Shown in pieces: positions 51,501 through 63,185 of a stretch of 64,000 bases of DNA; position 1 is the stretch's first letter, and the number at the start of each line of letters is the position of its first letter. This stretch comes from Octopus sinensis. Taxonomy: Eukaryota. Position numbers and translations under genes: made by a program. Location: assembly GCF_006345805.1 (NCBI RefSeq), contig NC_042998.1, positions 90,768,001 to 90,832,000 of the forward strand, read 5' to 3'. Under the pieces are notes generated by a model, which did no database searches, had not been told where the DNA came from, and saw only the letters and a program-made list of their open reading frames with translations.

Positions 51501-54500
51501 TGGAATTTTGTTGTTCTGATAACCTCAAATCAACCTCACATGTTGGGATTGAAGCTGATGTTGCTCCTCTAACAGGTGAAGGACTCATGTATTCATTTAT
51601 TTTGCTGGGTTCACTTTGTGGAGAATCCATGATACCAGAATCTTTAGAAGTAGACAAACTCTCTAAAATATTATTGCTGTTTCTACAACTGTGTTCCTCT
51701 TCCCCAGGACTGTTAAAACCCAAATCAGATATATCAGAAGTCAGGATGGACTGAGAAACTGGCTTTAATGGTGTCGGATCATAAGCAGGAAAATTCTTAA
51801 AAGTATTCTCTTGGAAAGGATGTATGAATCTTGATTTAGAATGATGATCCAATGCTGAAAGCATAGCAGTAACCTTTCCTTGTGCTTGCTTAAACGTGGC
51901 TGAGAGACGTTGTCTTGGCACGTTCAACAATTTAAAGCCATCTGGGTTACCATCAGGACCAATATCAGCCAAGCCTGGTGTTACTGGACTTTTACTTGTT
52001 GGTGATTTCTTTAAAAAGTCTGCACTTTTACTTGCTTTGAATGTAACTCTGTCGGCCCCATGGGACCTTCGATGTCGGTGACTTGAAACACCACCAACAG
52101 CACCAAGACCTTCTAACTCTCTTTCTTCATCTGGACTTTCTCGACCTTAAAAAAGCAACAGAAAAAATATTTTAAATATTTAACTAAATGGAAATTCCAT
52201 TAAAATGCACATCAACTGTAAAGTAAATATAAGACATATTCAAATAAGTAGGTAATCATGATTATTTCTCAGAGCATACAGTTAGTAAAATTTGATGTGT
52301 AATGCTTCTGCGCTATAGCAGTTAGATGAACTATCAGTTCTAATAACTCCATATTACCATATATGTTATAAAGATCTAACAGACCTATATGACCAATTAA
52401 TTAGGGAAAAGGAGTTAAATGAAATAAAATAAAATTGACAGTAGAAATTCTTTAAATGCATACATACATCATCATCATTTAACATTTGAAATGGGTTGGA
52501 CAGTTTGACAGGATCCAACAGGTCAGAAGACTGTGTCATGCTCCAGAGTTTCTTAGTATGGTTTCTACAGCTGAATGTCTTTCCTAACACCAACCACATT
52601 ACAGAGAGTGCTGAGTACATACATACACCAATCATCATCATCATTTTAATGTTCTCTTTTCCATGCTTATATAAGTCATATGAAATTCATTAACATATGC
52701 ACAAGTATCCTCTATATTACTGAAGTGTTGTGTTTATGAAAATCTTACATAAACATAAAGTTCCATAAAAATAAAACTTATTTTCCCATTGGCTTTCATG
52801 TTACATAGAAGTCATGTCAAAATAAATTTTGCATTACTTAATTTTCTTCTTTTCGACAAAATTCCACTATTTATATAGGCTAGTTGCTTCTTTCCTAACA
52901 ACTCCAGTTTGACATAGATCAAAGGAGCATATTTTTGATAAAAAAAAGGAACTCTCCAAGGATCTGATGATCCTATTCTTTCTCTGCAGCAGTAATCTCT
53001 TCCCTATTTCATTCAGTCACTTGAAGTTATGTGCTAAAAGTTCAATTCTCTTTCTATTCTTTTAAAAATTCCAAATCTATTTACAGATCTAGCAATCACT
53101 AACTAGGTTTTTTCAGTTTCATTAATAAAGAAAAAAGTATCTACATTCTCTCTAAGTAGAACCTAATTCCACTTTCCACAATAAACTGTCCTTATTCTAT
53201 CACATAGCATTAAACTATACAATTCCACCATCACATCTATTATAACTACAATGGTCTCTGCTTATGTAAAATTGCTTATCCTTTGTTAAATTCACTTCAT
53301 CATACTACTCCCACCTGCATCTTATTTTATCATCAACACTACTAAACCTCACTTTTACATCCAATGACAAATAGTAATTGTTCATCTTAATGACTACTTT
53401 CCTCTAAAGTTCTTAATTAATTAATAATTAGATGAAATAAACTATAACTCACTACAATTTTTTTTTCTATCTAATTATTTATTCCTGTACTTCAACAATG
53501 GCTCAAGGAACCAAGAGTATTCCACTTCAGTATGGAAAACTAATTCGAAATGACAAATCTAGAACACATACTGCATATTTTCAACAAATATATTCTGCAC
53601 ATTAAATGGAAAACCAGTTTACTGTTCTGATATTTCTTATTTCACTAATTCAACAATTTGTTATTAGTGGTGATGAAAACTCCACCAGTCAAAATATGGT
53701 CTGTTTTATCATATAAAAGTTTCTTCTAAAGGACAATCATAAAAATTTGGCAAATTAAGGCTGAAGGCAGAGAACAGACCCAAATTTTAAGAGTAAAATA
53801 ATAAAAGATTAATTACCTGAGGCTAATGGTGTTTGTTCATTCCTGTCTAGTGTACAGGAAGATTCTAGTTCATCTTGATTGAGGGACCTGTCAGTAACAC
53901 TGTTCATATCATCCTAGGTTAAGAAGAAATTTATCTACTCAAGAAACGAATGGAAAGTTAAGATAGGTAGGAATAGGTTAAAATGTTACAGTTAGTTGGT
54001 TTAGGTGTGTGAAAGCAAACCAAATATGTTGGAAACATTTTAATGAACTCCAGTAAAATGAAGATTGTTTTCTTAGCTGCAAGAAAAGGAATTTTTTAAA
54101 GATAAATTTCATTTCAAAAGATTAATTTAACCTGAGAAAATTGTAAAGGATTAGTGAGTTGTAATATAGTAGAGTCAAAGAATATGAGCTAAATTTGACA
54201 GCATCATACTGTGTAAGTAAATTCTTGATATTAATTCTTAAGGGTTAGTTTTAATTCCTTTAAGACTTTAATTTCCAAAGCTCTGTTAAATTACATGGCA
54301 AATGTAAGAACATAATCCTATGTTCTAATTCAAATATTTCTGCATTCAAATGAATAAAACCTTATAGAGTAATAATAAAACAAAGCTTAAGTAAAAAAGG
54401 ACAAAAAATACAAAACCTAATAAATTTTAGAGAACCAACTAAATGCTACAGGAAAGAAAGGAAGAAGACAATTAATGTAAATGAAACAAATCACCTAACT

Positions 54501-56037
54501 GGTTAGAAAGTGAAGAGAAAATTAATTAAGTATGTGCAAAGAAATAAAGTTAATAAACTGTTAGTATGAATACAGAAAAATAAGGGCAGGGAATGTTAAG
54601 ACTATACGAAAGTAGGAAATATAACAAAGCTAAAACAGATATATATGTACAATTAAATTTAGTAGTATAACCATTTAATAGGGTTGACCTTTTGTCACTG
54701 GAAGGAAATAACCCAAATATTAAATTTCAGACCAAGTGAAGGAAGTTGGGTAGAACAACCCAGAGTAGCTCTTTCTCAAAAGAGCAGCAACATAACTATC
54801 CATTAATAACATTAGCAATTTTACAAAAAAAACATCTTTTTATATCTATTTAACCCCATACCAAAATTAACTGGATAAGCCTGCAGTATGGCGCCTCTCT
54901 TGCTGTTTTTTCTTAAACGAACTAAATCAAATAAAATCTAATTAGGAATTAATTACTGAATTTGAGAATAAAGACAAGATCTAGACAGTTAAGTACTTTT
55001 GAAATGACTAACCATTTACAGTTGTCAGCTCAAAGTAACTTGAAATCTAGACATGTCTAATGACATAAGCCTTTGGAAAGAAAAAATTATTTAAAAACAA
55101 ATTCAATAATAAATAAAAAATAAATACTTAGCAGATTGGGTTTAAGAAAATGAAATTTATTGAATTGTTTTTTTGTTTTATTCATGAAGTTCTAAAATTA
55201 GATTATTCAGAAAAGAAATAGTGTACAATTTCAGTATGTGGAAGTCTCTATGAAGTTGCTCAGCCTGCTAAAAGTAGCAGCCAAATTTCTTCAAACTACA
55301 CCCTAACATCTTAAATATATGTATAATGGATAATGTAGCTCAGAAGAGAGACTAAGTCAGGGAAAAGATGAGGTGGTTCATAGCTAGAATAGCTTCCATC
55401 ACAAGTTGGCTCAAAAATTTATTTTTAAATCAACACACATGCACACACACAATCACTATCGTCATCTTTAATGTCCATTTTCCATGAGTTGGATAATTTG
55501 ACAGGAGCTGGCAAGGCTAGGAGCCACTGGATGCCCTTTGTAAAGCCAACCACTTTACAGAGTGTACTGGATGCTTTTTACATGGCACCATCACCAGTGC
55601 ATTTTATGTGGCACCAGCACCAATGCTTTTCCCATGGCACCATCACCAGTGCTGTTTCCATAGCACCATCAACAGTGTTTTTACATGAACCAGCACCAGT
55701 ACTTTTTATGTGGCACCATCACCAGTGCTTTTTATGTGGTACCAGCACCAGCCCCAGTGCCCTTCATGGGCAAGCATTACCAAGGCAGTTTTAGGATATC
55801 AATTGTGTTCTGTTTTGTTGTGGTGGGTAGGTCATCTTGAGAACAGCAATGTGCCATATACTGCCATCCTTTGTAAGGCTAAGTATTTTGAGATCAGCCT
55901 TCCATACTTCATCCCACGTTTTTCTGGGTCTCTCGCTTCCATACACTTTAAGCGAGCAGCATTTCTTTGTGCAACTGCCTTCATCCATATACATCACATG
56001 ATTAAATCAATGCAGTCTTCTCTCTTGCACAATATAT

Positions 56038-56089
<52 letters not shown>

Positions 56090-59000
56090 CACACACACGG
56101 TTTTGAATTGACTATTGAATAAAAAGGGAATATAATTCAAAGAGAAGGTATTGTTTTATATGTATGTTTACAAACATCTATATCTCACAAACCCAGATAC
56201 CATTATACATCAGGAGTGAAACAGAAAAGGAGATACTTTATTACAGGCTTATCAGCAACTCTGTGTATGGACAAATAAATAGTAATGATGATAATTTTAG
56301 AAAGTGATTATATAGGTTAGTCAGTAATATAAAAAGGCATTTGATTATATTTTTCTTCAGAATGTATATATATTGTGTAAAAATAAGTAAACATAAGCGG
56401 CAAAACAGGAAACAAATACATATATAGATAACATAAGATAACTATATTTACCTGTTCTATTTCTTGAATCAACTCAGCCTGTTTTTCTTCAGTGTCACTA
56501 GCTAAAACATCAGTACTCCAGGCATCACTTGCTGTTTCTGAGACTTCAGACACAGGCTAAATTACAAAAATTAGGTGGAGGAGTCTTTAACAGTGTAAAT
56601 CATTTTAGAATATAAAAATTTGCAAAAACAAAATCCATGAAAATAAAAATGTGAAGCTATATATATCCCGTAACAAAGAAAGTACTAACCTCAGCTACTC
56701 CAAGCAAATTTTGTCGAACCATTTCTTCTGTAACCTCTTCCAAGCGCTCTAGTTGGTTCTGGTCTGGACCTTCAGAATCACTAGCCAGTACATCAGTACT
56801 CCATGTGTCACTAACAGTGGATTTGGTTTCGTCTACAGTAAATATTAATCAATATGATTAGTCAAAATGTATTTAACACTGTATTTATTTCCAATAACAA
56901 AAGATCACTGAATGTAGTGTAGTGCTGTGTACTCTGGAATATATCACTCAGAATCAGAAATAATCAGAAAAACTAAAAAGAAGAGGGCTGTACAGTAGGT
57001 CCTGATTCTGTTATATGCTCTCACTCCACTCAACAGTAATTGTGGATGTTATGTCAATGTTGGCCTAATAAGTCACTTCAGGACCTACAAAGAGTAAAGC
57101 AGTTACTCTGAAAGAAGAATGTCATATACTGTTAGACAAACAGAAAACCAAAATTAAAATTAAATGTTTAATGAGTAGGTGTAAATTGATGCTGAAGTTT
57201 CATTTTATTGAAAAATACAAAATAATTTTCAAAACAAATCTAGCCCATTAATACATTAGCAATGTTTGAAGGCAACTAAATAATTACATACCTATGGATA
57301 ATCTATATTAATAAATGTGAAATTCTGTCTGTCCAGGACCCCTGTATCTCAGTGTACATTTGATCTACATAGACATTTTATACCTTTTTGAAATCAAAAT
57401 GATCCTGGGATTGAAAATCTACCCTTCATTTGTTTCTTGAACATCTAGCATTTGGATTTGATTCAAAAGCATTTGGGTTGCTATTTCTAGCAGGTAAAGC
57501 TTTGCTGATTCACACCATCTTGGTTGGTGTTCGTTAGATGATGTTAGAGATCAAGGGAGAGATAATGACATTCACCTTGTTAATTTTATGTCAAGATAAG
57601 AACTTTGGGACAAATTGGTCAACAGTTGGAATTCAATTTGGGACCGGAGCAATAGAATGATTGCATTACAAAATTAATTCTCAACCGTCCTTAACCACTG
57701 ATCAAACACCAACGGGGCATGTAGTCATTATAGACAAGTTATAGTCATGCTATTTAGCTCTCTATCTCAAGGTGGAAATATTTATGAAGATGTAAAATCT
57801 GTGAAGAGCATGTGGCAAAATGCTGAATTCAAAAACACCCTAAAAGCTGAACTATTGAAATAAGTGAAATGAAATGAAATGAATTTTTCTAAAACTTAAC
57901 TTGTAGCAATTTAAAAGGAAAACTATAAACCTACCTTTTGACAGAGAGATATTCTATTTACTTTTGTTTACCTAACTAAATAGTTACTCATCTTACTTCA
58001 TCATAATAGATAAAGCTTGGAAGTCCATTCTGTAATGAAATAATTCCAGCAAAAATATCAATTTATCTAATTATATCAACAAAGATATATTAAAATGTAT
58101 ACATACTCTCTAATTCAGATTTGATTTCAAATTTGCCAAATCTCTCAGTAACATCTTCTCGATTTTGTTTCTGGACAGTCTCTGGTAGATCAGGTGCTCG
58201 TCTTTCTTCAACACTTTCTGCTTGAGAGAGTGGTGTGTCTCTCCCGCTAACATTTGGAGTCCCTCGTCCACTTACATTTGCAGAAATCATATCAGAAAAA
58301 TTGTCATTGTCATTCTCTAAAGAACCTACTGAATGGCTTGATGCCACTTCAGAAATAGCCTCTTGAATATCACTAGTATTACCTAAAAGAAAAAAGTCGA
58401 GGAAAAAAATGGGTAAATATTCCTACAGAATTTTTATTTTCTTACAATATAATTTGCTGAAATAAAATAAAAAGGAATGAGAATATGTGGTTGTTATTCA
58501 TCATCATCATCATCATTTAATGTCCATTGTCATTGATGGCATGGGTTGGATAGTTTGACTGGCATGGTTTTCTATGGCCGGATGCCCTTCCTAACACTAA
58601 CTGTTCTGAGAGTGTAATGGGTGCTTTTACATGCCATTTGTGACACAAGGGTGCATTTACATGCCACTGTCATGGGTACCAATTTGTGTGACACCAATAT
58701 CTGCCACAACTGCAATTTTTCTCAGCTTGATGGGTTTTCTTCTCAAGCACAATGTAATGTCAAAGGTCTTGCCATTGCCTCTGTGAGGCTCAACGCTCAA
58801 AAAGAACTCAGCCACCTTGCCTCCATGAAGGCCAACCCTCGAAAGGAACTTGACCATTTTGTCTCCGTGAGGCCCAATGCTAGAAACGAACTCAGCCCTT
58901 TTGCCTCCATGAGGCCTAACACTTGAAAGGAACTCAGCCATTTTGCCTCTGTAAAATCTTAGTTCTTTTTATAACAGACACAACCTGTGCATCTAGAAAA

Positions 59001-62000
59001 CTTGATGGCTATTTACAAATAAAGTATAATTAATTTTGGCCATTTTATTTTTCCATTCCTCTACTTTGATCAACATCAAAAACCAACCTACTAATTCAAA
59101 TCAATGTTGCTTGTCTTGTTTTTATACTCCTTTAATCCATTTAATACCAATCCACCTGAGACTTCCTCCGGTTCTTTGAGATAATTTTCTGTTTTAAAGT
59201 GATTTTAATTAAAACCTTCCATTAAAATTTTGTCTTGGTTTGTGTTCTGAGAACCAGTTCAGTAATGAGAAAGTAATATTACTTAATTCTTTGAAAATTT
59301 GAAAATGAAATTGAAACACAATCAATGGGTTAATACAATTTAATACAATGGGTTAATACAATTTAATATTTTGTAAATTATTGTTTTAATTAACCTAGAA
59401 ATGAAAATTTTTCATTCCCTTCACAAAATTATTTCTTACAGGGCTTTATTGATACCTGGTTAACCTTAGCTCTGATACATAATGATTATTAGTAAACCCT
59501 GTAGGTTATAAATATATAAACTTGTATTTATGTTCACCTTCAGCTCTCTATATACAGGGTACAGACAGTATTTGAGGACAGATTTAAGGTTTTTAAAAAA
59601 ATGCTTATATAATAACAGAAAAAAACTGTATTTTTATAAAAATAACGAACATAAAGCTAAATTATAAATTTAATAATTTCATTCAATAAAACCACTACAA
59701 GCATTAATAACTGCCTCTATGCAGAGTTGAAATCATTTACAAGCTCGGATTAAGTGTCCTTGTTCATATCAGACGTGACTCGAACTATGGTGGCTTTCAA
59801 AGAATCTTTGGTGCTGGTGGGGTTCACTGACATTTTTCTCAACAATGCTCCATACATAGTAGTCAAATGGATTGAGATCTGGAGAATTAGGAGGCCAAGT
59901 ATCAGGGTTGATGTGACCATGCAAATAGTCAGGCATCCATTCTTGTGTCATTTGAGCCTTGTGTGATGGTGCAGAATCTTGTTGAAAGACATAAGACCTT
60001 CTATTCCATACAGTGTCAATCCAAGGTTTAACAACCTTGTCCAGAACCTCAATATTTGCAGCAGCATTCACCCTAAGGCCTTGCGGAAAAAAGTGAGGAG
60101 GCATCATATGTCCTTCATTGCTAACGACACCCAAAACCATGACACTTGCAAGAAATTTAGTGTGCATTACTCTTGGAACCTCAGAAGGGTCTGCACATAG
60201 CCATCTGTCATTTCTTCCCTTAGTTTTCTGGTCCTGGTCAAAGTTTTTCTCAACCGAGAAAAACTAAATCACACCATCTTCTGATGGATTTTTAAGTTTG
60301 TTCAAAAGTCCTTTGGATCTGATTAAATGGTTTTCTTTTGTTTTTTTCTGGCATGAATTGATCTCTCATCATCACATAAGATTTGTATCTGATGTCTTCA
60401 TGCACAACATTTCTGATTGTTTGTCTGACACACATCTTGCAACTTTCAGAAAACAAGAAATTTTGAAATCACCATGCTTAGCCTTCAATGCCACAATCAC
60501 AGCATGCATTTTCATTTCATTAGTAAGCATAGGACCTGTCATTGTTATTTTCTGAAAGAGAAGTTCAATAAAATAATGACTAAAAATGCATGTGTCCTCA
60601 AATACCATCCACACCCTGTATAAAGTAATTATGTGGAGTCTTTATAGCACTTGAATAGTTGGATGATAACATTACTATGTCTAATCACTGAACTGAAATG
60701 CTGCAGGAATAAAAATATGGTAGGAGTTACAATGGTTTTTGATACAGAAAGACAATGTGATACTGTATTTTGGTGAATGGACACAAATAAGTCTAGAAAT
60801 GCAGGAGCAAGACAATAGTAGTAGTAGTAGTAGCAGCAAAAATAAACAAAATTAGAGAGAGACATGGTTCAGTAGTAAACCAATAGAATGGGATAAGGAG
60901 TTTGCTTATCTCTCACATTTTTCTGAGATACAATTTATATTTTGTTCAGAGAGATGAGTATATAATTTGTTTTGAAATTTAAGATTTAAATTACTTTGGT
61001 GCTATCTAATTGTCATGGAAATTCAATTTCTTCAATTTAGTAATATCTATGGATATTTACTGTATTAATTTCTTGGATAGATTCACAGAAATAATAAATA
61101 ATGGGATTTGAATTGAAGCAGTTGTAACCCATTTAGCAGCATGAAAATGAAGAGTGTGACCTTAGAACATTACTTGCTTAAAACAAAGTTTCTGAATTTT
61201 TATTCATTTAATGGATTATTTCACAAATAGTAAAGAAACATATGTAAACAGGGAAAGAATTTAGCGTTCTAGTATAAATGAACAACTTGTATAAGCCTAA
61301 GTTATGGGACTGACATTTTTACATGTTTAATGGAACACCTGTTCAATCAACTGATAAAACAACAGAATAATGAGTCAAAGAAGTCTCATAAAATGTGCAT
61401 GAGAAAGTTTCTGTGTTATTTCATAGCAACTGAGATCTTTGAGAATCTTAATAGTGAAACTTCTCAACAATAAAGTCATCCATTGATACAGGTGACCGGT
61501 ATGAAACATGTTAATCAAAGAACAGTGTATCTTTGTGGTTCTACTATTAAAGCAATATTGACAAAAGACAAGTATTTAAAAGTGTTAAAATGTATTTCAG
61601 TTTCAGAGCATCAGAGTAGGGGGATGAAAGGGTTTCATATTTTATTATAAAATGCTTAGAAAAGAGAGCAATTTTTTTATTCTCTTTTGGTAAAGAGAGA
61701 AAGTAGTGCCGATGTCTTTTGCAAAACTTCCAAGGATGGTAGGAAGGAGGTATCCTCAAACCAGAGACTTGATCTGAATGTTTGCCACAGTAAAACCACC
61801 CAAATACCGCATGATAGTGGGTTCGTTGGCTGGTTTGTGGAGCTGACTAGTTGCATTGAGGAATGAAAATGTGCTTCTTGGGCTGTGTGAAGAAGTAACT
61901 GATGACACCCACAAACAATTAACAGAAGATTTTAGTATTGCACATAGAACTTAACTGTGTTGGTATTTTATAAATAACAACAATAATTACACACGGGGAG

Positions 62001-62915
62001 AGACATACTGCTTGGAGTTTATGACGAGTTTACTGATAGTGTAACTTGTGGCTGGCACAACATAACTGGACACACTGTGCTATATTCATGGCAGCAGAGA
62101 TTCCTGTTGTCTATCTCCCATCTGTTTTAACCATCTTCCTGGGTCATCAGGGTGTGGCAAGAATGGAGACTGTCTCAACATTCTGTAATTATCACTAAAA
62201 GCAGCTTTTTATAAAGCAAAAAGAGAAGATTCTAGAAGATTGACTCACACAATGGCTTGATGCTAATTGGTTGCTTAACAGATTGATCATGTGAAACTAC
62301 TGTTGTTCAGTAATGGTGTGTGATTGGTTACCTAGTGATTCAGTTTCAAATCTCCGCTGCAATAGTGTTAACCCAGGTTATGGATTAAGGCTCCCAACAA
62401 CTAAGTAGGCTATGGCAGGATTCAAACTCAGAATGTATGGAGTCAAAACAAATACCACAAGGCACCCAGTCCAACATTCCCATAATGATAATCCTATAAT
62501 CCACCTCCACCCACTGGATTGGTACTTTTCTATTGACCCCAAAAATGATGAAAGGTAAAGATGATCTCAATAGGATTTGAACATAAGAGCACAGAGCCAC
62601 AAGACATTCTATCCAATACTCCAATGACTGCCAATTCACTACCTGTAAGCAGTTCAGCTTATATTAGGTGGGGGTTTATAGAAATAGCAGCAATCCAAAC
62701 TGTTTATTTTCTGACTCACTCACATATAAATTTACTCTCACTCACACAGGCATACAAATAATTCAATAAACAAGTTCTTTACCAATTGATTCTTGATCCT
62801 GAGGAAATGAAAACCTAGTTCGTTTTTCATGTGTTTCTGCATTGTTGTCTTCATAGGTAGGAGAAGACTGGTAAGTTACTTTACGTCGGCAACGCTCCTG
62901 CTCAGCAGATAAAAC
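25974..62915 (-). CDS. GAPVD1: GTPase-activating protein and VPS9 domain-containing protein 1 (GAPex-5/RME-6), 5'-incomplete; about 1056 aa in window (1092 with candidate exon)
   Basis: 15 phase-compatible GT-AG exons. C-terminal VPS9 domain ([48 protein letters not shown]) and GAPVD1 hallmarks (EKRTRFS, SANVSGRGTPNVSGRDTP, WSTDVLASD, DAKRKLRLVLS, MFPNGDGDILRDQ). No start codon or RasGAP exons in window. Confidence 0.93.
26840..26978 (-). CDS. GAPVD1: GAPVD1 exon (VPS9)
   Basis: LIHEHIKNLSQIISPTHKDLCIPKIYQFECPWPAAQREIHMINAYK; gtAG / GTTGGT. Confidence 0.92.
28780..29030. repeat. Degenerate (GAT/GGT/AGT)n trinucleotide low-complexity tract
   Basis: Seen directly; produces the spurious Thr-rich ORF 28840-29067. 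Confidence 0.8.
29286..29400 (-). CDS. GAPVD1: GAPVD1 exon
   Basis: CSESQLQSSCIALERYVMGRIYTHAMFPNGDGDILRD; ctAG / GTAAGT. Confidence 0.93.
31107..31173 (-). CDS. GAPVD1: GAPVD1 exon
   Basis: EDLVERFLNGLYQSIQTDALWQ; tcAG / GTATGA. Confidence 0.9.
32943..33066 (-). CDS. GAPVD1: GAPVD1 exon
   Basis: EKEICNNHLNNVCVQRFIES...FQKLTMSDEK; acAG / GTAAGT. Confidence 0.92.
34298..34432 (-). CDS. GAPVD1: GAPVD1 exon
   Basis: CKKLFKSLEEDYKGRAHYVAYLTRCKQGLL...; atAG / GTGAAG. Confidence 0.92.
35751..36186 (-). CDS. GAPVD1: GAPVD1 exon
   Basis: TGDEILAKYRKK...AFADAKRKLRLVLS...QLAEAINLRNKEMVAQLHEVIRC; ttAG / GTAAGT. Confidence 0.92.
36233..36451. mobile_element. TTAA-flanked MITE-like repeat
   Basis: TTAACAC...GAGTTAA ends; related copies at ~59130-59330 and ~38750-38860. 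Confidence 0.45.
37534..37641 (-). CDS. GAPVD1: Candidate 108-nt in-frame cassette exon of GAPVD1
   Basis: ttttcAG / GTTAGT; phase 1-1 matching flanking exons; open frame EFGACGDAFDGGGNGNFAGACVGNNVIGSKNFVCP. Confidence 0.55.
38610..38654 (-). CDS. GAPVD1: GAPVD1 small exon (45 nt)
   Basis: MKKRGKSDRDDLFS; ttcAG / GTAAGT; phase 1-1. Confidence 0.75.
39040..39690 (+). mobile_element. mariner transposase fossil
   Basis: KVCARWVLRVLT (WVPxxL motif), DEIWV, SMKWKHPKSPAKKKFK, KVMLTVF; frameshifted and 3'-truncated. Confidence 0.82.
39722..39965 (-). repeat. 3' LTR of Gypsy element
   Basis: Direct repeat of 44570-44831; adjacent polypurine tract AAAAGGGGAGA on - strand. Confidence 0.9.
43460..44020 (+). 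mobile_element. RTE-LINE 3' end (internal ~60-bp repeats, (GAT)n tail) inserted into Gypsy gag
   Basis: Interrupts gag between GVVNH and QSENFKLQDL; homologous to 16059-16790 and 20224-20497. Confidence 0.8.
44570..44831 (-). repeat. 5' LTR of Gypsy element
   Basis: Direct repeat of 39722-39965; followed on - strand by PBS TGGCGATGAGGAT. Confidence 0.9.
45406..45478 (-). CDS. GAPVD1: GAPVD1 exon
   Basis: DFDGDFKGEKKKGFFKSFKEKINK; gcAG / GTAGGT; bridges phase 0 to phase 1. Confidence 0.8.
47170..49050 (+). mobile_element. Highly degraded RTE-type LINE ORF2 fragments
   Basis: Remnants KAIKKMKMGKA (~47652) and a Cys/His finger-like QCKQWLHKRC (~48628); interrupted by other repeats. Confidence 0.5.
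51127..52145 (-). CDS. GAPVD1: GAPVD1 large exon (1019 nt, Ser-rich disordered middle region)
   Basis: Open frame RESPDEERELEG...LRVFDPLV...PLDIDQ; ttttAAG / GTAAAC; phases match neighbours. Confidence 0.88.
53817..53913 (-). CDS. GAPVD1: GAPVD1 exon
   Basis: DDMNSVTDRSLNQDELESSCTLDRNEQTPLAS; ctAG / GTAATT. Confidence 0.82.
55455..56030 (-). mobile_element. RTE-LINE 3' end with ~22-bp internal tandem repeats
   Basis: KKCCSLKVYGSERPRKTWDEVWKADLKILSL on - strand; repeated CATGGCACCATCACCAGTGC units at 55570-55760. Confidence 0.72.
56452..56556 (-). CDS. GAPVD1: GAPVD1 exon
   Basis: PVSEVSETASDAWSTDVLASDTEEKQAELIQEIEQ; ttAG / GTAAAT. Confidence 0.9.
56690..56832 (-). CDS. GAPVD1: GAPVD1 exon
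   Basis: ETKSTVSDTWSTDVLASDSEGPDQNQLERLEEV...; gtAG / GTTAGT. Confidence 0.9.
58107..58382 (-). CDS. GAPVD1: GAPVD1 exon
   Basis: NTSDIQEAISE...NDNFSDMISANVSGRGTPNVSGRDTPLSQ...ERFGKFEIK; ttAG / GTATGT. Confidence 0.92.
58498..58952 (-). mobile_element. RTE-LINE 3' end ending in a 42-bp tandem array
   Basis: (CAT)n tail, family 3' UTR, and about 4.4 x 42-bp units at 58771-58952. Confidence 0.7.
59555..60618 (-). mobile_element. Tc1/mariner DD37D (maT) DNA transposon, TIR-bounded, transposase decayed
   Basis: TIRs CAGGGT...GTATTTGAGGACA at 59555-59580 and 60593-60618, flanked by TA. ORF 59769-60167 reads VMVLGVVS...FQQDSAPSH...WPPNSPDLNPFDY with 37 residues between the 2nd and 3rd Asp. Confidence 0.88.
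62783..62915 (-). CDS. GAPVD1: GAPVD1 most 5' exon visible in window
   Basis: VLSAEQERCRRKVTYQ...HEKRTRFSFPQDQESI; ctAG / GTAAAG. Confidence 0.85.
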
Positions 62916-63185
62916 CTAGATTACAAAAACACACTTATTAGAACTGCAATTTCTATAATAATCAACTGTCAAAAGTTTACAGTACTCAAAGAAATACTAA
63001 GGAGTGAGATAATCTGTGAGATTATCTCACCCTCATAATTAATTTTAGTAGACTTTTAATTTGGAAAATAATTTTTTTGTTTTACATATTTATCTCCAAT
63101 TTGTGTATCAACAGTTATACAGCAGAAGATAATGAAATAATGATATGAATACAGATTTAAAAGATAATTAGGAATAGTGAATTTA

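Noticed and set aside
51434-52081. + strand ORFs 51434-51754 and 51896-52081
   Set aside because: Antisense shadows of the large GAPVD1 exon.
54860-54922. Possible extra GAPVD1 exon (ttAG...GTATGG)
   Set aside because: The host intron is phase 0 and that frame hits TAA at the third codon.
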